Shown: in pieces, positions 20,428 to 29,647 of the stretch | How the letters are laid out: each line of letters starts with the position of its first letter | Numbering within the stretch: position 1 is the first letter of the stretch | Virus record (IMG/VR): IMGVR_UViG_3300005911_000002 | Span: 9,213-73,212 of that record | Reading direction: 5' to 3' (one strand) | Origin: a virus | Length of the DNA: 64,000 nt | Notes under the pieces: model-generated | Seen by the model: only the letters and a program-made list of their open reading frames with translations | The model's database searches: none | What the model was told of the DNA's origin: nothing | Program-made: the position numbers and the translations under genes

Positions 20428-20456
20428 ATTCTATCACGTTCAAGATTTGTTGTCAA
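20428..20456 (-). promoter_or_regulatory. sigma70-type promoter of the RNAP gene
   Basis: TTGACA-17-TAGAAT with extended -10 TG. Confidence 0.8.
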
Positions 20457-20515
20457 TTTGCATAATATATTATATATTAACCCAGTAATAGGAAGGTGAC
20501 TAGGAAATATCATTC

Positions 20516-21007
20516 TGTCATGTTTTGACCCATAAATGTCATGTTTCGGGTCAAAAATGTCATGTTTCGGGTCAAAAATGTCATGTCTAAAAATCAGTGC
20601 TCACCTACTACTATACTATACTATAACTATTATATTTATATATATATAATAATAGAATACATGACAAAATACCAGAATTATTAATGGTAACTACTCATGT
20701 ACGGATTGAAAAAAATTATTAATTAGTGTTTCATTTTTTTTTATGGTTTCCCTAAGGGGGTACATTTTTTTTTCTACATTTTTGTCATGTCTGAGAGTAA
20801 ATGCCTTGGTACGACTGGTCGGAAGCGCGAGACATTTTGTTTTCAAAATGTCATGTCTAGTTTTGATAGAAGTCTGATATCCCCGTCTATGACTAGTCTA
20901 GACCCCTGTCAAAAACGTCATATTTTTGTCATGTCATTTTGTCCTGTTTGGGTATTTTTGTCCTGTTTTGTTTATGATCGCACATAGTTTTGTAACAATT
21001 GTTACAA
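20516..21007. repeat. Iteron array, AT-rich tract and palindrome: candidate replication origin
   Basis: TGTCATGT at 20516, 20537, 20558, 20579 (21-bp period), inverted at 20659, again at 20783, 20849, 20927; AT tract ~20607-20660; 18-bp palindrome at 20990-21007. Confidence 0.7.
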
Positions 21008-21036
21008 TTTTGGTATAAATGACCAAGGAGGGATTT

Positions 21037-21423
21037 ATGAACCGAGAAAAAAATTGGGAGAATCCGGCTGTGGGATATTTGTATGCTAGCGGACGGATAC
21101 ATGATTCAAGTCTTGTTTGTAGTGGTATTCCGTGTGGGAGAAAAAACCAGAGTGCGGTAGTAAGCCTGGACTATCTTGGCTGCATAATGCGTAAGCACCA
21201 CCCCGATGGAATACAAAACATACTAAACCTGCTTTCTGATAGTGGGACGGGTTATGTAGTAGTTTCGTCGGCTAACTATCTTAAGAAGCTATCTACTAGT
21301 GCCAGACTTCTGAGTCAGTGCCATGGGTACTTTGTTCTAACCAAACTAGAGTACCCTGTACTACGGAGAGCTAGGATGTATAATATATACATTCTAAAAA
21401 AGAGGTGGGGCGTTATAATATAG
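21037..21423 (+). CDS. Hypothetical protein
   Basis: AAGGAGG SD before ATG 21037; followed by a terminator. Confidence 0.55.
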   Translation: MNREKNWENPAVGYLYASGRIHDSSLVCSGIPCGRKNQSAVVSLDYLGCIMRKHHPDGIQNILNLLSDSGTGYVVVSSANYLKKLSTSARLLSQCHGYFVLTKLEYPVLRRARMYNIYILKKRWGVII

Positions 21424-21448
21424 AGAGAGGGGCCCACCCCTTTCTTTT
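21422..21448 (+). terminator. Intrinsic terminator
   Basis: AGAGAGGGG/CCCCTTTCT stem followed by Ts. Confidence 0.6.
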
Positions 21449-21459
21449 ACCTGATAGAA

Positions 21460-21488
21460 TTGACAACAGAATTGTAATATGTTATGAT
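21460..21488 (+). promoter_or_regulatory. sigma70-type promoter of the head module
   Basis: TTGACA-17-TATGAT, extended -10. Confidence 0.8.
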
Positions 21489-21515
21489 ATGAAAAAGTAG
21501 TCCAGGAGTAAAAAT

Positions 21516-22208
21516 ATGAAAGTACCTACAGATATAATGAAGCACGCGGAGCATGCGGCGTCTAAATATCTCAACGATGGTGTTGAGATGAACTACACCA
21601 TAACTAAGATAGCTAAGGATTCCTGCATGAACTCCGACAAGATTGATAGGGTATGTGAGGTTGCTAATCATTTGGTAAATAAGGTTGCGGTTAAAGTTCA
21701 GGATCGGTACACAGCATTTCCCGTAGCGGACCCAACCAAAGTAAAAGTGGCAGTGGATTCTCTTGAAGGAAACCTTTCTCCTTTGAGCCGACGGGTATCC
21801 GACACTACAAAAGATAGTGATAAGGTAGAGAAGAAGACCGCATCGATTAAAAATACCCGGGAGGATATACCAACGTATGATCAGTTATCGGTTAAGATAG
21901 CTAAAGTACGAATGGATCTCGGAGATAAGACTGCATCGGTTATTGATATTATATCAAATATCGCCAAGGAAGTTGGGATTGATAACGCCGAGGAGTATCT
22001 TACAAAGGTAGGTAGTGCTCTGCCGGAAATGATTAAAGATCACATATTAATAGAAGCGTTGGATAAGAGCGCCAGTACTATAACTACTAAAGTGGCTAAC
22101 ATAGTGTTTATCGAGGATGACTCGGATGCAGAGTGCATACAAGGTCTCGCCGACTCACTCAAATTATCTCACGAGTTATCTATTTTGAGGGACCATTTTT
22201 ATGGCTAA
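21516..22208 (+). CDS. K-x-A-rich head-associated (core/scaffold-like) protein
   Basis: 9 K-x-A motifs in 230 aa; first gene of the protease operon. Confidence 0.55.
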   Translation: MKVPTDIMKHAEHAASKYLNDGVEMNYTITKIAKDSCMNSDKIDRVCEVANHLVNKVAVKVQDRYTAFPVADPTKVKVAVDSLEGNLSPLSRRVSDTTKDSDKVEKKTASIKNTREDIPTYDQLSVKIAKVRMDLGDKTASVIDIISNIAKEVGIDNAEEYLTKVGSALPEMIKDHILIEALDKSASTITTKVANIVFIEDDSDAECIQGLADSLKLSHELSILRDHFYG

Positions 22209-23679
22209 CATCACAAAGTCAGCTATCTACGATTTTGGAATCAGTAAAACCCTACCCATGTCTGCCGCGTACCTTGACAGCATTAAGGATAGCTTCAGAA
22301 CTAAGGGCATGGGGGAGAAGGTTCTGAATTGGTTAAAAAAACCAAGTACTTTCAAACTCCGGAATTCACTCGGGGTTTTTGATTTTGCAGCTGATGGACT
22401 ATTCAGCTTAGTGAATGTGGGTTTGAGTGCGGGCGTTAAGCCGTCCCTGTTCTCTTCTAGAACCCCCAGTAGATTAACCCCGACTATATCAAAGTTAACA
22501 AATAATTTTAAAATAAAAAAGAGCAGTGCCGGAGGAAACATGGTTAAGAAGACAGCAGCAGAAATGGAAGACGGGATACGTTCGCAGGTAAGCCAATACC
22601 AGCGCATGTTTCCAGATTTATCGGTTAGCCAAATAGTACAAGAGATGCAAACTAGCCGCGCAGTAGAGGAAGATGACTTTATACGGGGGATGGCCCGATT
22701 GTCTAATGCAGAGGTTTCTCCAGAAGTGGTCCCAAACTTGAAGCGTGTATACCCGACCCTGGATGCCGGGGAGCTCTACGGAGCTTCTAAGTATAACATT
22801 AACCATGAGGGTGGAGACCAGAAGGCGCTATACAAATATCTTGATAGAGTTCTAAATGCGCAACCCATCGACCCTAGCGTCGTAGCTAGAGATGCGGCTA
22901 ATATTACTAAGGTTATGCCAGAAGGAACCCATGTGGGTGACATTGGTAAAATGATATATAAGTCTAATGGCAATAACGAAAAGTTATTCACAGACCTCAA
23001 GATGCATACCAAAGAGTTGGCAGATACAGAATTGTCTAAAAATAAAAAGTTACTTGTTGGGAGCGGGATTGCACTGGGTACCATGTACCTCGGTAAAAAA
23101 TTGTATGATTACGTTTCCAATAGTTCTAGACGAAACTTTGCAGAAGAGAAATATCCCGAATTATATAGCAGATATCAAACACACGAGGACGGAAATAGCT
23201 ACAGGTCAGAGCCAAAGTACGAGAAAATGGGGCATATCCTAAGTGAGGAAGATTTCATTAAGAAGACTGCCGGACTCAAGAGTATACTTACTAATCTTGG
23301 CGTTGGTCTCGGGTTAACGATGGCACCATCAGTAATAGGGTCTATCACGGGTGGTTCGTCTGCAGGTGCTTCGAACGATGACGTTCTGGAACTGTCTATG
23401 AACCTACTAAACTTTGATCCTAGTTTGAATGACATACCACGGCAGATTCTTTTTGATTTAGTTAAGAGCGTTGTGATACACTCGCCGTCTTTGGCACAGG
23501 ATCTATCTGCATTGTCGCAGGCAGTAAAGTCTGCACATTACTACGGTGGAATGGGACCTCAGATGGTACAGAGCCTGACTAAGATTGAGTCCGATAAGGG
23601 CAAGATGAACCAGACGGCAAACAAACCGATATTGGATGCTCTTGGAATGATGACTAGCATTAACGTACTATCGAGGTAA
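22201..23679 (+). CDS. Modular head-associated protein; possible internal start at 22540
   Basis: KSA and KTA (x2) boundaries; hydrophobic Gly-rich helices; GGAGG-ATG at 22540 in frame. Confidence 0.55.
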   Translation: MANITKSAIYDFGISKTLPMSAAYLDSIKDSFRTKGMGEKVLNWLKKPSTFKLRNSLGVFDFAADGLFSLVNVGLSAGVKPSLFSSRTPSRLTPTISKLTNNFKIKKSSAGGNMVKKTAAEMEDGIRSQVSQYQRMFPDLSVSQIVQEMQTSRAVEEDDFIRGMARLSNAEVSPEVVPNLKRVYPTLDAGELYGASKYNINHEGGDQKALYKYLDRVLNAQPIDPSVVARDAANITKVMPEGTHVGDIGKMIYKSNGNNEKLFTDLKMHTKELADTELSKNKKLLVGSGIALGTMYLGKKLYDYVSNSSRRNFAEEKYPELYSRYQTHEDGNSYRSEPKYEKMGHILSEEDFIKKTAGLKSILTNLGVGLGLTMAPSVIGSITGGSSAGASNDDVLELSMNLLNFDPSLNDIPRQILFDLVKSVVIHSPSLAQDLSALSQAVKSAHYYGGMGPQMVQSLTKIESDKGKMNQTANKPILDALGMMTSINVLSR

Positions 23680-23690
23680 GGAGACATACT

Positions 23691-23984
23691 ATGTTTACAA
23701 TATACAAAAAAACAAAACCGGTAGCTATGGTAGGGGTAGTTCAGGGAGTTGTCCTGGTATCCTCAAATACGCTACTTATCCACAACATTCTAAAGAATGT
23801 CCTTTCAAGACCTCATTTTGTCAGGGATAAGAAGGGGCATAAAGTCCAGACTAACGACAAGAATGTAATCATAGAGGATATCCTAAGAACTAAGGTATAT
23901 TCTCCATACCGGGTAGTAAAAGAGAATGCGTTGCTAGGTGCGACTAAATATGTACATAAGGTAGTGTTATACGATGTTAACTAA
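23691..23984 (+). CDS. Hypothetical protein
   Basis: AAGGAG SD; overlaps the next start. Confidence 0.55.
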   Translation: MFTIYKKTKPVAMVGVVQGVVLVSSNTLLIHNILKNVLSRPHFVRDKKGHKVQTNDKNVIIEDILRTKVYSPYRVVKENALLGATKYVHKVVLYDVN

Positions 23985-26001
23985 ATATGTTCAATGGGCG
24001 AGTGTGCTTCCTGACGGCCGACCCGCTAATTACCTGATCGACCCGAATGTTAAAGTAGCTGCGGCTGTTTTATCTGAGAGTGCCGAGATACATCCTGAAA
24101 TTGTGGAGTTCATCGAGAACCTACAGCCCGAGGATACCAAGAGCTATGTCCTAGCAATAGCTATGGGTTGTGGGGAGTTCTGGGGTTCCAACCTCAATGC
24201 GGATTACTTCGGGTGGGATGAACTATACCCGGCAGACCCCAAGGCCAAGTATGGCTTTAAAACTTTTATGGGTAACAAAATGTTCCGCAGGCATAAGCAT
24301 ACCGACACTAGCCCTTACTTTGGGAGAGTTGTTATGGTGGCGTACAATGAGCAGATGGGTCGGGTCGAGGTAATATACACACTTGATCACGACAAACCAG
24401 AGAATGACAAAACGCTTAGAAACATGGACAAGGGAATATTCCCACAAGTGTCTATGGGGTGTAAGATAGCGTATGATGTATGCACAGTTTGCGGGCATAG
24501 ATCGGACAACGGAAAAAGACGATGTGACCATATAAGACTTAGGAGAAATCATATTTATCCTGATGGAACTAAAGCTATGATGGATAATATACGACCTATA
24601 TTCTTTGATCTTTCCATAGTAGATGTTCCAGCGGATTGCACGGCCTGGAGTGTTAAGAAGGTAGCTTCTATGGCGTATATTCCTGATATGAAGATGTCGT
24701 CTATTAGCAAGAGAGTGCCATCCCAGACAATCGTAACAAACGACGTCAAAGAGTGGCTACCAGGAGCATTACTAGTAAACAGCGCTATGGATAATAGTGT
24801 GGATATTCCAGTAGAATCGTTAATGGAAAGAGTGTCTCCGGAGTCGTTACTTCATGGTATGATGCTTATGGGTATGAAGCCTAAGCCAAATGAGTTTTGC
24901 CGTATGATAAGTAAGATGTTTGGCATAGATACTCCTGAAACATTCTCGCCACACATCGTGGACAGTGTTCCAACGGATGAGTTTGCAGCGTTTAAAGATA
25001 TGATCTCTAAGGTAGTGAAGTCCGTTCCGGAGTTAGACGGCATAAAAGACTTTGTGAAAGATAGGACGTCAGCATCTCCGAGAGTACTAAGGATTGTCGT
25101 GGTTAAGAAATCACCTAAAGAAGTAATGGTTAAGAATGCTATGGAACATACTCCTATACAGGACACACTGAATAACTTGTACTTTATGCTGGGAGGCCAG
25201 ATGTCAGATATCGCTGTTAAAAGTGCATCAGTTATAGGGCTCCCAATATTACGTAGAGTTCTGGACTATTTTGACATTGCTAAAATGAGGCGGGTACTGG
25301 CATTTCTTGTCGGGGCACGCGTTATTAATCAGGGTACGAATATAGCAACAACGCCATATACTGGAGTATATGACAACTCAGCTGAGTTGGCTACATATAC
25401 GGATATTATGACAGGCATGCCCGCTGCTGTAAGTCTTCAAATGTTTAACAACATGACAGGTAAAACAGCTGGTATTGCATCTAAAGTATTGATACCACCA
25501 GCGGTAGCGTACGCTACAAAGGCGTATCTGGACTACAAAGTTAATCGGGATGGTGTTTCCACACCTACCCAGGAATTAGTTCGGAATAACCCAAAGATGA
25601 TGACGCTCTTACTTGCTATATCACCATGGTTAGCAAAGAAGACCGGTCTTAATGAAGCGTCCCTTCTACTGGGAGCGGGTGTAGCGGGTTACGGCGCTGG
25701 CCAAGTAGCCGCAAAGATGGCTTCGTATGATGAAATAATTCTTACAGATGACAACAGGGATGACATATTCACAAAGTTAGCGATGGAAAATATAACCCCG
25801 CAGAGAGCGGAGTTACTAAAGAATATAGCAGCGGTGTTTCTCGCTGGGGCAGGGATAGGTGCTGTTGTAGGTGTTTCACCTGCATCAGATGAGATTAAGG
25901 TAGAACCCCAACCTAGACCACAGCAGCAGAACCAACAGGAATTGCGGGAACAGTACGCTAAGAGATATTATAGCATGTTAAAAAGGAGGGGAGAGTTATG
26001 A
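23974..26001 (+). CDS. Prohead maturation protease (HK97/herpes-type fold inferred) with long C-terminal extension
   Basis: NxNxDxF, FRRHKH (His), VSMGC (Ser), CTVCGH..CDH, FFDLSIVDVPAD; located upstream of scaffold and capsid genes. Confidence 0.7.
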   Translation: MLTKYVQWASVLPDGRPANYLIDPNVKVAAAVLSESAEIHPEIVEFIENLQPEDTKSYVLAIAMGCGEFWGSNLNADYFGWDELYPADPKAKYGFKTFMGNKMFRRHKHTDTSPYFGRVVMVAYNEQMGRVEVIYTLDHDKPENDKTLRNMDKGIFPQVSMGCKIAYDVCTVCGHRSDNGKRRCDHIRLRRNHIYPDGTKAMMDNIRPIFFDLSIVDVPADCTAWSVKKVASMAYIPDMKMSSISKRVPSQTIVTNDVKEWLPGALLVNSAMDNSVDIPVESLMERVSPESLLHGMMLMGMKPKPNEFCRMISKMFGIDTPETFSPHIVDSVPTDEFAAFKDMISKVVKSVPELDGIKDFVKDRTSASPRVLRIVVVKKSPKEVMVKNAMEHTPIQDTLNNLYFMLGGQMSDIAVKSASVIGLPILRRVLDYFDIAKMRRVLAFLVGARVINQGTNIATTPYTGVYDNSAELATYTDIMTGMPAAVSLQMFNNMTGKTAGIASKVLIPPAVAYATKAYLDYKVNRDGVSTPTQELVRNNPKMMTLLLAISPWLAKKTGLNEASLLLGAGVAGYGAGQVAAKMASYDEIILTDDNRDDIFTKLAMENITPQRAELLKNIAAVFLAGAGIGAVVGVSPASDEIKVEPQPRPQQQNQQELREQYAKRYYSMLKRRGEL

Positions 26002-26426
26002 TAAGCAGGCTACCAACAGACGGGAAAGCAGCATACGAAGCGACCTATAAAACGGCGTTGAGTTATTATGGGGGTGACAAAGAGGCCGCCTCGAAGGTTG
26101 CTTGGAGCACTGTGAAGAAACGTTACAAAAGAGACCCAACTTCCAAACAGTGGGAAAAACGGGCCAGTGCGGAGAGCTGGAAGTATAGTAATGTCAACAT
26201 AGAGGACGAGCTTAAGAGTGCTAGTGTTACAAAGGATATGCTTATAGGCACTACCGGGGATAGCACAGACCTCAGTAAGGCGGCTATGTGGGACGACGAT
26301 ATAAAGATGGGGATATGTATAGCGATACGATCCCAGAACAAGGAACTGCTCAGAAAGGTAGCTCAATCAGATATTACCTATAATAAAATACTGCTTGACA
26401 ATTACTTGAACTGCGTGGTACAATAA
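25998..26426 (+). CDS. ChaB-family protein
   Basis: LP..GKAAYEATYKTALSYYG..EAASKVAWSTVKKRYKR...W matches ChaB. Confidence 0.8.
   Translation: MISRLPTDGKAAYEATYKTALSYYGGDKEAASKVAWSTVKKRYKRDPTSKQWEKRASAESWKYSNVNIEDELKSASVTKDMLIGTTGDSTDLSKAAMWDDDIKMGICIAIRSQNKELLRKVAQSDITYNKILLDNYLNCVVQ
26395..26424 (+). promoter_or_regulatory. sigma70-type promoter
   Basis: TTGACA-18-TACAAT with TG. Confidence 0.7.
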
Positions 26427-26457
26427 TTAGGAAATTTACGGTAGGAGGAATACTACA

Positions 26458-27063
26458 ATGGGTGTTAATGTACATGATATCCTTCGTACGAAAACTGCAG
26501 AAGTTAAACCAACTTTCGCACAGGTACGGGAGAATTTAGTAAAAATGGCGGCAGTTAAAGTTGCTACTGAAGTTGTTACTGAACCAGCTACTAAACCAGC
26601 GCAGGAGACTGACCAGTCTAAATACGCTGCATACGGTGGAGAAGATAATGCAAAGGCTATCGTCCAATCAGCAGAATTGTTTGCAGATGTGGCCGGAGAT
26701 TTACTCATCACAAAGCTTGCAGAAGCAGTTATGGGAATGGGAGCACCAGCTCCAGCAGTTCCAGCAGCTCCAGCAGCTCCAGCAGCGCCAGTAGACCCAG
26801 CAGCTCAGGGAGCTCCAGGCGGTGGTGAAGAAGAAGCTATAATGGATGCTCTTCATCAGTTGCTCAGTGATCCAAATTCTCTGAATGACCCAGAAGCTAA
26901 AGCGGCAATCGCTGAACTTCTCGCGGGTCTTGACGAACAGAAAATAGCAGAATTAGCGCAGGCTTATCCGGTAGTACAAGCTGTACTCCAGGAAGCTTCA
27001 GGAATGGGCGGACAGGCTCCAGCGCCAGCAATGGCACAGGCACCTGCTCCAGCAGCGATGTAA
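26458..27063 (+). CDS. Scaffold-like Ala/Pro-rich protein
   Basis: 8 of its 10 Lys are in K-x-A; PAA repeats; strong AGGAGG SD; upstream of capsid genes. Confidence 0.55.
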   Translation: MGVNVHDILRTKTAEVKPTFAQVRENLVKMAAVKVATEVVTEPATKPAQETDQSKYAAYGGEDNAKAIVQSAELFADVAGDLLITKLAEAVMGMGAPAPAVPAAPAAPAAPVDPAAQGAPGGGEEEAIMDALHQLLSDPNSLNDPEAKAAIAELLAGLDEQKIAELAQAYPVVQAVLQEASGMGGQAPAPAMAQAPAPAAM

Positions 27064-27140
27064 TTCTTTTTTAAATCTAACTTAGATAGACAGGGGAGAG
27101 GGTGTACTTCTCCCCTGTCTTAGGTTATCGGAGGTTGTGA

Positions 27141-27656
27141 ATGGACATGAATGCTTTGGCCGAAGCATTAGAAAGTATCGCGTACCAGTATGAGGATGAG
27201 CAGCTACGTAGAGTTGGTGAATCAATAGAGCTCGGAGTAGCACGAAGTCTTGTAAAGCTTGCACGAAAACAAATAAAAGTCGGGTATGGCTCCTCTATGT
27301 TTGGAGATGATATGGACTTTTGGGAAGGGTATGAGAACGTTAAGCCAGAACCAAAGAAGTGGTTCAGAGAACGCAAGCCATTTGTAGCGGATAAGACTGT
27401 CACAAGGATGGACCCGAATCCGGCTAGAAATTTCCAAGCGGACCCGCCGAAAGCACCCGGATGGACCAAGCGATTTTTCACAGCTCTTTCGAAGAAACTA
27501 AAGAACATACCATGGAAGTATAAAGGACCTGGCGGGGCACTGCTTGCGGCCGGAACTAGCTATAAACTTCTAGATTGGATTACCAAGCGCAAACCGATGC
27601 GGGGATATGCTGGAGATCTACAAAAAGTTGTAAAGTTACCTTACTACGGGAGGTAG
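27141..27656 (+). CDS. Hypothetical head-module protein
   Basis: GGAGGT SD; KLA motif; C-terminal hydrophobic helix. Confidence 0.55.
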   Translation: MDMNALAEALESIAYQYEDEQLRRVGESIELGVARSLVKLARKQIKVGYGSSMFGDDMDFWEGYENVKPEPKKWFRERKPFVADKTVTRMDPNPARNFQADPPKAPGWTKRFFTALSKKLKNIPWKYKGPGGALLAAGTSYKLLDWITKRKPMRGYAGDLQKVVKLPYYGR

Positions 27657-27658
27657 TT

Positions 27659-28051
27659 ATGAATATACGAGAAGAACTTCTAAAAGTAGCCGGACTCATG
27701 AAGCAAGAGGCCGCTAAATCAGAGATTAGGAGTATTATAAAAACGTCTTCCAAGGCAGATAGTATTTCACTGGACATTCCCCCGGTGCAAGACACCACTA
27801 AGATCGCTCTCGAAGTTGCTAATGAGATGATCAATAAGGGCCTTGCACCAGAGCACCAGTACAGGAACCTTGTGAGTAACCTAATAGAAATGCCAATGGA
27901 AAAACTGGCCTCTTTTAGGGATGGTATTGGCAATGGGATTTTCGATTTAATGGACGTGGACAAGGAAAACACTAGACTTGTAGACGCCAGCTCACTAGGA
28001 AACACTAGTAGTCCAGCGTTTGCGGACTGGCTGGACAAGTATAGTGGTTAA
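27659..28051 (+). CDS. Hypothetical scaffold-like protein
   Basis: Start moved to ATG 27659 (GGAGGT SD); KVA, KIA, KLA motifs. Confidence 0.55.
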   Translation: MNIREELLKVAGLMKQEAAKSEIRSIIKTSSKADSISLDIPPVQDTTKIALEVANEMINKGLAPEHQYRNLVSNLIEMPMEKLASFRDGIGNGIFDLMDVDKENTRLVDASSLGNTSSPAFADWLDKYSG

Positions 28052-28057
28052 TTTGAA

Positions 28058-28086
28058 TTGACAAGTAGTGGCAGATATGTTATACT
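28058..28086 (+). promoter_or_regulatory. sigma70-type promoter of the capsid operon
   Basis: TTGACA-17-TATACT, extended -10. Confidence 0.85.
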
Positions 28087-28118
28087 GTATTTGATAAGTT
28101 TAATGAGGAGGAAGATTA

Positions 28119-28565
28119 ATGGAACCTAGAATGGAAATTTTAAACAGCTGCGAAAGATACAGAGTTAGAAATGTACTTCTTGCAACTGGCGTTACAGGCC
28201 TTCTGGAAGGCGAGCCAATTCAGTTGGATTCCGCTGGAAAAGGCATTAAAATTGGATCGACCGCGGCATCGAGCCCGTTTACGTATTTGGTATATGAGGA
28301 AGATTCAAACTCACCAGGTACTTGGCCTAATGCAGGTGTTGCCGTTATTGAAATATTTGGACACCTTAATATTCGTACTACTGTGTATAACGCAGCAAAA
28401 ACGTACGCAATAGGAAGTGCTCTCACATTAGTAAGTGGTAAATGGGACCTCGCTACTTTCGAACAGAAGATATTTGGGTATGCACAGGTACTCCCAGCAT
28501 CGCAGGATGCACCGATGGAAATCCAATGTATTGAGAACGGCATTACATTGCCAGCGGAGGCATAA
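28119..28565 (+). CDS. Capsid decoration/cement protein
   Basis: 148-aa beta-rich protein directly upstream of the capsid gene. Confidence 0.55.
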   Translation: MEPRMEILNSCERYRVRNVLLATGVTGLLEGEPIQLDSAGKGIKIGSTAASSPFTYLVYEEDSNSPGTWPNAGVAVIEIFGHLNIRTTVYNAAKTYAIGSALTLVSGKWDLATFEQKIFGYAQVLPASQDAPMEIQCIENGITLPAEA

Positions 28566-28568
28566 TCG

Positions 28569-29528
28569 ATGAATATAACACGAGAAGAAAAAGTTAAAGT
28601 TGCTGGTGTTTTTCGCGAAACACTTATTGATGGAAATATCAAAGAAGCCGAAGCTCAGATTTCTGATTACGTAAAACTACGTATTAGAGAAGAATCTGTT
28701 GCCAAACAGCTTTTTAGGGTCCGGGACGATATTACTCTTAAGAGTAGAGAAGTCAGAGAACAAGATGAACTTGTTGATGATGCTAATCAGCTCTTTAAAG
28801 GGATGCTCGAAAACAACATAGAATTGTTCGTAAGAACAAAACTAGCAAAATACGCCACCGCAGAACAAGGCTCTTTCACTAGAAATAGTAGAGTCCGCAG
28901 AGAAAGAAGAGAATATGCTTACTTTCCAATCATGAGAATCTGGACTGACGTCTATGAATTCGACTTGGACAAGTTAGATATCCATTCTGACACAGAGCTT
29001 ATTACGGAGCTTGAGAATGACTTCGTATATGCTTTCAACGACAGACTCGATGCAATTGTTCTTCAGTTATTCTTGGATGCTATTGGTAAAGTTACTGCAA
29101 ACAACGTAGTTTCTGCAAATGCTAATGCTACAAGAGCGGACTGGAAAGCTTTGATTGACGCTATGGAAGCCAACAAACTGTTGGCCAGTGTACTCGCTAC
29201 ATCAACCACAAGAGCAAGGGATACATTCCTTCTCACTGGTACAGATATAGGTGATCACGCTGGAGAAACTTTTAGACAGGGTGACAAGTACTTTGAAACT
29301 ATCGCTGGTCTTAAGAAAGTAACATCTGTTGCTTCTCCACTTACCGTCGATAATGTTGTATGGTGTATGGCTTCATCTGATTATGTTGGTGATATGTTTA
29401 ATGTAACTCCAATGACAATCAGAACGAAAGAAATACCTTTCGAAAACAAAATGCAAATGAAGGGTTTTTGTGATGTAGCTGTTGGACTTGCTAACATTAA
29501 AGGTGTTGCAAGACTTAGCTTCACATAG
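28569..29528 (+). CDS. Major capsid protein (HK97 fold inferred)
   Basis: Size, position, strong promoter and terminator; C-terminal VGLANIKGVARL pattern. Confidence 0.7.
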   Translation: MNITREEKVKVAGVFRETLIDGNIKEAEAQISDYVKLRIREESVAKQLFRVRDDITLKSREVREQDELVDDANQLFKGMLENNIELFVRTKLAKYATAEQGSFTRNSRVRRERREYAYFPIMRIWTDVYEFDLDKLDIHSDTELITELENDFVYAFNDRLDAIVLQLFLDAIGKVTANNVVSANANATRADWKALIDAMEANKLLASVLATSTTRARDTFLLTGTDIGDHAGETFRQGDKYFETIAGLKKVTSVASPLTVDNVVWCMASSDYVGDMFNVTPMTIRTKEIPFENKMQMKGFCDVAVGLANIKGVARLSFT

Positions 29529-29553
29529 AAACTGTTCGCGCAACGCGATATAT

Positions 29554-29587
29554 AAAAAGCACGAGGGTTTGGCTCTCGTGCTTTTTT
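29554..29587 (+). terminator. Terminator after the capsid gene
   Basis: AAAAGCACGAG/CTCGTGCTTTT stem. Confidence 0.85.
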
Positions 29588-29588
29588 C

Positions 29589-29617
29589 TTGTATTTTTGT
29601 CGTATATGTGATATAAT
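29589..29617 (+). promoter_or_regulatory. sigma70-type promoter
   Basis: TTGTAT-17-TATAAT with TG. Confidence 0.7.
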
Positions 29618-29647
29618 CATATTATTAAAATTCCATGGAGGATTAGT

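Noticed and set aside
20394-20513. N-terminal 40 aa of the 2076-aa RNAP ORF
   Set aside because: This stretch contains a consensus promoter and the SD for ATG 20393, so it is probably untranslated.
20516-20590. CRISPR array
   Set aside because: 21-bp tandem units with no unique spacers and no cas operon; fits iterons better.
20787-20987. 66-aa ORF
   Set aside because: Lies within the iteron region, has no SD and looks like a by-product of the repeats.
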